Source: Macrostomum lignano (Eukaryota). Taken from it: 64,000 bases of DNA. Location: positions 496,001 to 560,000 of the forward strand of contig NIVC01000195.1 in assembly GCA_002269645.1 (NCBI GenBank), read 5' to 3'. Numbering within the stretch: the first letter of the stretch is position 1; the number at the start of each line of letters is the position of its first letter. The position numbers and the translations under genes are program-made. This document shows positions 49,544 to 58,660 of the stretch, one piece after another. The notes beneath the pieces were generated by a model that was not told where the DNA came from, did not search any database, and saw only the letters and a list, made by a program, of their open reading frames with translations.

Positions 49544-49943
49544 GTCGGCTGGGTCAATGTCGGCTGGGTCAATGTCGGCTGGGTCAATGTCGGCTGGCTC
49601 AATGTCGGCTGGCTCAATGTCGGCTGGGTCAAAGTCGGCTGGGTCAAAGTCGGCTAGGTCAATGACGGCTGGGTCAATGTCGGCTGGGTCAAAGTCGGCT
49701 GGGTCAAAGTCGGCTGGGTCAAAGTCGGCTGGGTCAATGTCGGCTAGGTCAATGACGGCTGGGTCAATGTCGGCTGGGTCAAAGTCGGCTGGGTCAAAGT
49801 CGGCTGGGTCAATGTCGGCTAGGTCAATGACGGCTGGGTCAATGTCGGCTGGGTCAAAGTCGGCTGGGTCAAAGTCGGCTGGGTCAAAGTCGTCTGGGTC
49901 AAAGTCGTCTGGGTAAAAGTTGGCTGGGTCAAAGTCGGCTGGA
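49544..49943 (-). repeat. 15-bp minisatellite (GTCGGCTGGGTCAA[A/T]) immediately after the RhoGAP stop codon
   Basis: About 26 tandem units. Confidence 0.9.
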
Positions 49944-52834
49944 TCAAGTTCGCGGTCGAGACGGCTTTGCCAGGCCGCCGTTGCAGCGGTTAAAGCGGCG
50001 GAGCAGGCGCCGCTTCCGCCCGGACTCCGGCAGGCAGTGGACAGCGGCGTAGAGGCCGGCCAGCTGGGCCCGGGTGAACCCGGCTGGGTCCGGAAATCGA
50101 GGACAATCGGCAAAGCGCAATGACAGGCAAACTTCGTCGGCGCCGGGGTTTCGGCCAAGTCGCAGTCGGTCGAGGGCGCGAGCGGCATCAACGCCGAGGC
50201 TCTCGGGTATCTGCGGAGCGGGGGGGAAGGGGAAGGGATGCAGGGCGTGTATCAGATCTGCAGGCTAAATAATGAAAACAATGTAGGTCAACGGGTCAGC
50301 GGATCGGTTTGGAATTTGGTTCAGTGGGTCAGTGGGTCTAGAGGTCAGTAAATCAGTGGGTCATTGGATCATTTGGTGAGTGCATGGATCAGCAGGTCAG
50401 TTGGTCATTGGGCCGTGTTTCAGTGTCCGTGGGTCAGCGAGTCCGTGTTGTCTGTGGTCAGTGTGTCAGTGGGTCAGTGGGTCAATGTGTCAGTGGGTCA
50501 GTGTGTCAGTGGGTCAGTGGGTCAATGTGTCAGTGGGTCAGTGTGTCAGTTTGTCAGTGGGTCAGTGTGTCAGTAGGTCAGTGTGCTAGTGGGTCAGTTC
50601 GTCAAAGTGTCTGTGTCAGTGTGTCAGTGGGTCAGTGTGTCAGTAGGTCAGTGGGTCAGTGTGCCAGTGTGTCAGTGTGTCAGTGGGTCAGTGTGTCAGT
50701 GGGTCAGTGGGTCAGTGTGTCAGTAGGTCAGTGGGTCAGTGTGTCAGTTTGTCTGTGGGTCAGTGTGTCAGTTTGTCAGTGCGTCAATGTGTCAGTGGGT
50801 CAGTGGGTCAGTGGGTCAGTAGGTCAGTGGGTCAGTGGGTCAGTGGGTCAGTGTATCAGTTTGTCTGTGGGTCAGTGTGTCAGTTTGTCAGTGCGTCAAT
50901 GTGTCAATGTGTCAATGTGTCAGTGTGTCAGTGGGTCAGTGTGTCTGTGGGTCAGTGTGTCAGTGTGCCTGTGTGTCAGTGGGTCAGTGTGTTAGTAGGT
51001 CTGTGGGTCAGTGTGCCTGTGTGTCAGTGGGTCAGTGTGTCTGTGGGTCAGTGTGTCAGTGTGCCTGTGTGTCAGTGGGTCAGTGTGTCTGTGGGTCAGT
51101 GTGTCAGTGTGCCTGTGTGTCAGTGGGTCAGTGTGTTAGTAGGTCTGTGGGTCAGTGTGCCTGTGTGTCAGTGGGTCAGTGTGTCTGTGGGTCAGTGTGT
51201 CAGTGTGCCTGTGTGTCAGTGGGTCAGTGTGTCAGTTTGTCTGTGGGTCAGTGTGTCAGTTTGTCAGTGCGTCAATGTGTCAGTGGGTCAGTGGGTCAGT
51301 GTGTCAGTAGGTCAGTGGGTCAGTGGGTCAGTGTGTCAGTTTGTCTGTGGGTCAGTGTGTCAGTTTGTCAGTGCGTCAATGTGTCAATGTGTCAATGTGT
51401 TTGTGTGTCAGTGGGTCAGTGTGTCAGTAGGTCTGTGGGTCAGTGTGTCAGTTTGTCAGTGGGTCAGTGTGTCAGTTTGTCTGTGGGTCAGTGTGTCAGT
51501 GTGTCAGTTTGTCAGTGCGTCAATGTGTCAGTGGGTCAGTGGGTCAGTGTGTCAGTGTGTCAGTGGGTCAGTGTGTCAGTGGGTCAATGTGTCAGTGGGT
51601 CAGTGTGTCAGTGTGTCAGTGTGTCAGTTTGTCAGTGCGTCAATGTGTCAGTGGGTCAGTGGGTCAGTGGGTCAGTGTGTCAGTGTGTCAGTGGGTCAGT
51701 GTGTCAGTGGGTCAGTGTGTCAGTGGGTCAGTGCGGCAAGGCCACATGCTCATGCAGTGTGCGCAGCACAGGCTGACCTCTAGCAGCGCAGGTCCGAGTT
51801 CCACAAGGCGAGCAGCCGCAGAGTTGAGGCCGACGGCGCGGGCGCAGACCAGTGCGGCATCCCAGCCGCAGACGGGCGGGTACAGCAGGGCGGGGCCCAG
51901 CACGGTGCCCAGGGATTCGGGGCACATGCGGCTCTCTGGATCGGCGGACAGGGAGTGCAGCAGGCAGAGCAGCCGCGCCAGCAGACAGCGGCGTCGGGCG
52001 GGCAGCAGCTGCATAAGCAGTCGAAGTCCCCGCAGCTGGCGGGCTGCGGCCAGCGGCTGGTCGAGGAGCGGTGGGGGCGCCGCCAGCCGCTGGAAGTACG
52101 GCAGCAGGCGGCTGGTGAGCAGCGGCTCTGGCAGGTCGGCGAGGCAGTTCTTTAGAGCGCCTGCGGTGTCGTGGCAGCTCAAGTCCGCGGAGTCCAGCAG
52201 ACGGCCTTCGCGCAGGCAGTCGCGGATCTGGCGCTGGCGCAGCAGAGAGCCGGCCTTGCGGAACAGGCCTTCCCTGGGCTGGCCGGCCTGCAGCTGGCGG
52301 GACAGCAGGGAGAGCAGCGACTCGGCCTGCCACAGCTGCGCGGCATCGTCAGGCGGCCGGTGGAGGCCTGCGGGATCGGGCCGGGAGCAACACGGAAATT
52401 CACTTCGGGGACGAGAGATTTCCGGAAAGAGTAACGGCGAGAGTGACGGCGAGAGTGACGGCGAGAGTGACGGCCAGAGTGACGGAGAGAGACTGAGTGA
52501 GTGACGGAGTGATAGTGATGATGGAGTAGCTCCAGAAAAGCTCACCCAGCGATTCACCTGCGGGGCGGCTCAGCAATCCGATGGCGAGCCAGCGAGTGAG
52601 GGAAGTCGTGGATTTGTTGGCCAGACCGTCGGGATGTCCAGCGAGTCGCGGGCCGGAGCAGGCGGTCTCATCTTCCAGGAAGTCGGCTGGCACGTCGGTG
52701 ATGAAGGACAGGTGCACTTTGCACAGCTCGGCAAAGCGTCTCGGGTGTTCAGCCCGCAGCTGCTCAAAGCTGCTCCGAAGTCTGGGGTTGACCAAAGGCT
52801 TGTTGAGGCTGTCCACGTGTCGCAGCAGCTGGTT
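49944..52834 (-). CDS. ARHGAP19: Rho GTPase-activating protein, ARHGAP19-like (5'-partial; ~380 aa from 3 exons)
   Basis: Exons 52834-52546 (alternative donor 52558), 52367-51778 and 50210-49944 (TGA), with GT-AG boundaries and consistent phases 1 and 0. RhoGAP motifs REGLFRKAGS (arginine finger), LKNCLADLPEPLL and LGTVLGPALL. The flanking segments FEQLRAEHPRRFAEL and LYAAVHCLPESGRKRRLLRRFN resemble ARHGAP19 from recalled sequence. Start exon not located. Confidence 0.85.
50320..51732. repeat. Intronic 8-bp-based satellite (GTCAGTGG / GTCAGTGT)
   Basis: About 1.4 kb of GGGTCAGT/GTGTCAGT variants filling the last RhoGAP intron. Confidence 0.9.
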
Positions 52835-55800
52835 CTGCAAGAGAAAATAGGCCGGACTTCTTGAACTTTAGGTACATAAAATACTTCCGATTTTCCGATT
52901 TTTCTGAAACTTTCGCCAGAGTCTTAGAGGCTGTCCAAAAAGATAATAAAGCAAAAAAACTGCAAAAAATTACCTTCAGAGTTAACAGGAGCTCAATTTG
53001 TTAATCCTCCACATAATTAGTGATAATTTGATGCAAGCAGTTTCGGTGAATTGTATGTTTGAAAATTTAACTTTTTTTAGAATCATGACTCTCAAACGTA
53101 AATATTTTCCACAATTTAACAATTTCATTTTAAAAGAACATTTAGAGGGTTAGAATTTTAACTCTGATAAAAGAGTGTCTATTTTAATTTTTCTTCACTC
53201 AGTTTGTTATAGTGCAGCGAGAGTTGCCACGTCAAATTAGTGTTTTTTAAAAATGCTGATTCACGGTTCGCCACCACCCTCACCTCCTGCTTTTGATTCG
53301 CTGTCGTTCTGTCATGGTTGTGACTAGCCGTACATTCTTTACATGTTTAACTATACTTATTTCTACTAATCTACGGTTGTCTTCTCCATTTTAAAGGTAA
53401 GTTCAGCTGCTAATATCAATTACATGTAGTTTGATAGGATTATAATTTTTCTCCATGGAGGTGTTTGATAACTTGCTGAATTTTTAATTTAATTAAGCTT
53501 CATTACAACCCCCCTTGGACCCCCTCAGTCTCCAAATTTACCTACCTAATCTTCAATAGATCTCCATGCCTCTATTGAAGTTTAGGTACGTAAAATCAAT
53601 CCCTATGAAGATTCTCCCCACCCTAAACCCCCCCCCCCATTCCCCATGCCCTGGCGGTTGGCTTTAAGCTACAAAAAAAGAAGTTCAAAGTTGAAATCAG
53701 CACCATCAAAAACCCCTATAGAGACAAAATTATGATCATATCAAAACTGCTACTATTTTATCTACTTAAAGTTCAAGAAGTCCGAAAATAGTACATGTAC
53801 TAATTCATTAACCCGTACGAATCGGTCCGGTAAAGCGGCATTCTTAAGTCAAAATACGCTCAGCAGCATGTTAAAGTTTGCACCCCGAAACCAGTGATCA
53901 GAGCTGTTCGCAGATCTCAGTCCCAAGTGACACATTTCACACCGCGCCCACGGCTCTCGTCTCAACCGTAGGTGATGCAAGTTGGGTCACAAGGCCCCAG
54001 CTTAGACTGGTGAGGAGAGAGTGGAGAGCTATGGCTAGAGGTGGATCAAAGCTGCTACTTGTTGACTGCTTTCTAGCATTTTACCAGCATGAGCTTTTCG
54101 AGACTTAGCGATTTCTGTTATTGCAAAAGCAAACTCAATCTCACCTCCATTTGGTCGGATCGCAGGTCGGTCATTGTCATTGACAGCAATTGAATATCTT
54201 CAGAGTCGACCTCCATGATGATAAAACAGCCTGCTGTGGCTGGAATAGCGAAGGCTTTCTCGGTAACAGTTCGCAGTGCAAGTGAGGGTCACAGTCACAG
54301 GCTTGGTTGACTATTTGGGGCTGCTTTAATTCATTGGCTTGTGGAGCTGAATGGAGGCGGGGTGGGTGTGGGCCGCGTGCCGGGGTGGGTGAATTGACTG
54401 GATGACTCATCGGACCAGTCTGGACCAATTATAGAGGTCGCAGACACCCTCTCATTTACAAGTTCGTCTGCACCAGAGCTGAATGACCTGTGCGAAGCCC
54501 AGAAACTCTGGATGTCCAAATTTGGTTTTGGCTTTCGCATTTCATATCTCTCCACTGTGATACGGCACAAGCTGGCACGCAGGAGAGAGGACTGGCTGAT
54601 CCCGCCAGCCAATCAGATCAATCTTTGGGATAGAGGCGAAAATGCAAACGTACACTTTACACTGTACATACTTGTGAGTTGGCATTGCGTCATCTGTTAA
54701 TTACTAGAGGTTCAAATGCTGAAACATACTACGTATATTGGATAATATTGGAAGAGCCAACAAGGTGCACAAGGTATTATAATAACAAATTTGACATTTG
54801 TATTTTAACTAATGAATCAGACTTGGCATCGGTGGAATATTAAATGTCATATAAAATGATAAATATAATAAAATATAGTGCGTCAGTTAACAAGCCTGAC
54901 TCGAGTTCATAACTGCTACTTATTGAGCAGTAAATTAGGACAACGCACAGCTATAAAGACACTGTTTCAGTTACGAGTACAAGGCGTTTTATACGTTAGT
55001 ATTCGATGTTGTCTTGGGAAATCGCTCTGTCAATGTTTTACATGAGATAAAATATGCGTGTTTGGGGATTTTGGATTTGTATAAATCCTCAGATTCCCCA
55101 GGGTTCATGATAATGGCTCTGGAAAATGGCATGTGTAATCCTCTATTTAAATCTTTCATACGCTTGCATCTGCTTAAAAGGACGTGCTGTACTTGCTATA
55201 GGCAGGCAGAAGAAATCAGGGACGGATCTAGGGGGGGGGGGGGCTTTAGCGCCTGGCCCTGAGGACCTGAGAGGATGGCATCTCGAAGATCTCCGAACAG
55301 TCACTTGCTAAAACAGAAGAAATCTAAAAAAAATGATGCTGTGACAGATCAATATGAGACTGCACAGCCGCTGTTTCGTGACGCCTCCTGTGCTGTGTCT
55401 GTTCGTGTTAGGGGCAGCAGAGGACAAGTTTGATCCATTATGGCTGGCAGGGGGAGCAGCCGAGCTGTCAGACAGCGGAACACCTCAACGATCCTGTGAG
55501 AGTTGAGAGAAGTGGGCCTGATGCAGCTCCGACCCAGCCTCCCGCGGGGGGTCGGTCTAATGAGTAGTGACCGCAGACTTCGACCCATGCAGCCACTGGC
55601 CCAGCCATGTCCAGCGAGAAATCAAGTCTGACCCGAGCACAGGGCCGATCGATGCTCGAGGACAGCAGGCGGCCTTTAATTTTGTTAAGCTTTCCATGTT
55701 TTGGCCTGAAGTACAGGCTGTTTTCCAGAAGAACAGCATCCAAGGCAATAAGCAGAGCTGTGGGAGCGCCATGCATTATTGAGCCACGTGTGTGGCGAGC

Positions 55801-56268
55801 AGTTCGGCTCGGTCGGGAACGACTGAGTCGGTCAGCAGCCTGGCTCACTTTTTTATAGGATCAGCCCAGATAGACAGCCCGGACAGGGCTGAGTTGGTTT
55901 CCTTGCCGCATAAATAACGCCAGCAGGAGCCCCGGGAGGCGGCTCGCGCGGCCAAGTCATCCGCAATCTGTCAGGCCAGCTTTGGTGAATGCAATCTCCC
56001 GGAGTGCCGGGGCTGCGGCAGACACTCACATGGGGTGGCCGATTCATAATCTCTGTGCTGCCAGGCACTAATCTGGCCGACTTTTTGGCCGGGCCGGGAG
56101 AGATGGAGAGGATTTGGGTCTGAGGCTGCTGATTGAGTGAGGCAGCCGCAGCGAATCCAGGCCGGGAGTGGCTGCCTCCCGCCCTCACGCCCCACTATAC
56201 TTCAAGTACGAGCCGTATATCCTGCTCTCCTCCTCGAGGGTGCGAGCCCAGGGATCCCTGTCTTGGCA

Positions 56269-58140
56269 ATGGCCGACTGCTCGGAGTCGCAGCGAGCGGT
56301 GCAGATCCCGCTGGAGGAGCCGCCTGTGTGGGTGCTGCGGGAGGAGTCGGCGGCGGCCCAGGCATCCCCGAGGCCGTCCCGCGCCCCAGCCGCGCCAGCC
56401 TCCGTCGTTGGTGGCGCCAAGTGCCGCCAGCTGGCGCTGTCCCGCCATCGCAAACGGACGGTGGCGAAGTTCCTGGACACCGCGGCAATCCACGGCCTGT
56501 GGCACGTGGGCTCAACGCCCTGCGGCGTCGCGTGGGCGGCGGTCCTGGCCGTGATGCTGAGCTGCCTGGGCCTGCACGTGTTCCAGCAGGTGTCTGAGTA
56601 CTACAAGTTCCCACTGCAGTCCTCAACGCGGGAGATCCTCAACGACTTCAGATTCCCCAGCGTGACCGTGTGCGAGGCCTGGCAGATGCGCTTCTTCAGG
56701 GCGGGCTACCCCGACGCGCTGAAGCGAATCCCGGACCTCAGCAGCTTCCTGACGCTCTCGCACGGCGTCTTCGAGCTGCCCAAGTCGGTGCCGGGGCTGC
56801 ACTTTCTTGGAAACGCCACCGCCCTGGGGCTGTCCGTGCAGGACCTGCTGATCCAGTGCAAGTTCTGCGACTCGCTGTGCCAGCCCTCGCAGTTCTCGGC
56901 CTTTTACCACCGGCAGTACGGCAACTGCTTCACCTTCCGCCCCGAGGGCAGCCAGGAGAGGCCGCACGATGGCCTGAGCCTCATCATGTACTCGCCAGCC
57001 TCCGACCCGCACTTCCGCAACTGGAGCGACCCGGCGATGCTGGACGGCTCAACGGATACGGGTCTGGAGACGAACGGGGTGCTGGTGACGGCGCACGAGC
57101 CCGACTCGATGCCGAGGGTGAGCGAGGACTCCATCATGGCTGCCACCAGCCACGAGACGAAGATCGGGCTCCGGGAAGTGCGAACTCAGCTGCTCAACAC
57201 GCCGCAAAGACCGTGCGAGGAGGCCTCGGAGTTCTCCGTTCGGGACCCGCTGGTGCCCACGGTGAGGACCTACAAGACCAGCCTGGCGGACCGGCTGGAG
57301 TGGCAGGAGGCGGCGCAGGTGCAGGCCAGGTGCGGCTGCCTCCCCACCGGCCCCGTCGGCCTGCCGACGCACCTGAGGCCGGGACGGCACTGCGCCGACC
57401 TCTTCGACGCTCAGAGCGGCGGCTTCCGAAGATTCCAGCGGAGAATCAGCGACCTGTGCGGTGGGCTGCTCAAGGCAGCGAACTTCTCAGCCTGCAAGGA
57501 GCTCGTCAGGCTCAACATGCCGGACCTGTGGAGCAACTGGGAGTCGCTGCGCTGCCACCTGAGACTGGCCGAGCAGCTGGTGCAGGAGGCTGAGCACGCA
57601 GAGGACCAGTGCTCCTCATCGAGCTACCAGTTTCAGATCTTCACTTCCGAGCTGCCCGACTCCGCCAGCCACCAGCACGGTCGTTACGACGCCAGGCTGA
57701 TCTTCCAGACCTTCTCGGGCATCCTGGACTCGTACCTGAAGCAGTTCGCCAACTCCAGCCTGCCCGATGCCCGCCTGCCCGCTGTGGTGAGAGCCGTGCG
57801 GGCCCGGCGGCTGCGGCCCGGCGACTGCACCCGCATGGACAGCAACAGGAGGTTCGCAAACGAATCGCACTGCCTGCAGGTGCAGAAGTTCATCTCCAGG
57901 CACTTCTTAAGGGTGCAGGTGTACCCGTTCAGCCTCAGCGTGGTGTACATCGCGGAGGAGCGCAGCTACTCCACCGTGGACCTGCTGTCACATCTCGGCG
58001 GCATCCTCGGCCTCTGGATGGGGTCCTCCGTGATCTCGCTGGCCGAGCTGCTGGAGCTGCTGACCACCCTGTGCGCCTCCCACGTCAGCTTCCGCGTCAA
58101 CTTCCCGCCGCTGCAGTACGGCAAGCGGGCGGCAACTTAA
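56269..58140 (+). CDS. DEG/ENaC (amiloride-sensitive sodium channel, ASIC/FaNaC superfamily) subunit, intronless, ~623 aa
   Basis: Pre-TM1 HG motif (FLDTAAIHGL); TM1; FPSVTVC; YGNCFTF; GVLVTAHEP; Cys-rich thumb; TM2 LLSHLGGILGLWMGSSVISLAE with a G-x-S filter. GC-rich coding composition. First ATG at 56269, in frame with the track ORF 56137-58140. Confidence 0.93.
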   Translation: MADCSESQRAVQIPLEEPPVWVLREESAAAQASPRPSRAPAAPASVVGGAKCRQLALSRHRKRTVAKFLDTAAIHGLWHVGSTPCGVAWAAVLAVMLSCLGLHVFQQVSEYYKFPLQSSTREILNDFRFPSVTVCEAWQMRFFRAGYPDALKRIPDLSSFLTLSHGVFELPKSVPGLHFLGNATALGLSVQDLLIQCKFCDSLCQPSQFSAFYHRQYGNCFTFRPEGSQERPHDGLSLIMYSPASDPHFRNWSDPAMLDGSTDTGLETNGVLVTAHEPDSMPRVSEDSIMAATSHETKIGLREVRTQLLNTPQRPCEEASEFSVRDPLVPTVRTYKTSLADRLEWQEAAQVQARCGCLPTGPVGLPTHLRPGRHCADLFDAQSGGFRRFQRRISDLCGGLLKAANFSACKELVRLNMPDLWSNWESLRCHLRLAEQLVQEAEHAEDQCSSSSYQFQIFTSELPDSASHQHGRYDARLIFQTFSGILDSYLKQFANSSLPDARLPAVVRAVRARRLRPGDCTRMDSNRRFANESHCLQVQKFISRHFLRVQVYPFSLSVVYIAEERSYSTVDLLSHLGGILGLWMGSSVISLAELLELLTTLCASHVSFRVNFPPLQYGKRAAT

Positions 58141-58660
58141 AAAGCTTCATAAAATTGTGACGATGAGAAGGAAAAACCTGCCGCAGTAGAGACTCCCCGC
58201 GGTGGCTGGCGGTTAAAAATTAGGTAAATTCAGCTGCGGAACAGTCAGTTTGCCCGCAGGCGCAGCAGCCGTTCCCAAACTCTCCAATTTCATGGCCGGT
58301 GCCCCCCTGCCGCGGCCAGGTGCCGCTGGTTTTGCTTCGCGGCGGGAGACCGCCAGGTGCAGACCTGTCAGCGCTGCTGGCCCTGGTCAGGTGACCAGCA
58401 GCCATTTTAGTCATTTTTACCCCACAGCTGGGTTGAGGCAGATACAAATTTTGTTAGAATTCACCTTAGCAAAGCCGTTTCAAAAGTGCATGCTGAAATT
58501 GCTGGCTGAATTATCAAGCCGCACCGAGTTCTGTAATGCTTTTTTATTTAATCATGGTTCTAGAATACCTGTGAGGGAATTAGGCGGCTCAGCTGGTAAA
58601 CTTTGCCGAGTTAATTTGATAAATTAGTGACATTTTGGCGTTTTTCAAGCCTCAGAGAAA

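Noticed and set aside
49544-51732. GGGTCA direct repeats as nuclear-receptor response elements
   Set aside because: The motif is a by-product of satellite units and there is no independent support.
50364-52504. Plus-strand ORFs (CVSGSVGQ repeats and antisense of the RhoGAP exon)
   Set aside because: Satellite translations and shadow frames of a GC-rich minus-strand exon.
56133-58160. Overlapping alternative-frame and antisense ORFs across the DEG/ENaC gene; non-ATG start at 56137
   Set aside because: Expected shadow ORFs in GC-rich coding DNA. The first ATG at 56269 gives a normal-length N-terminus.
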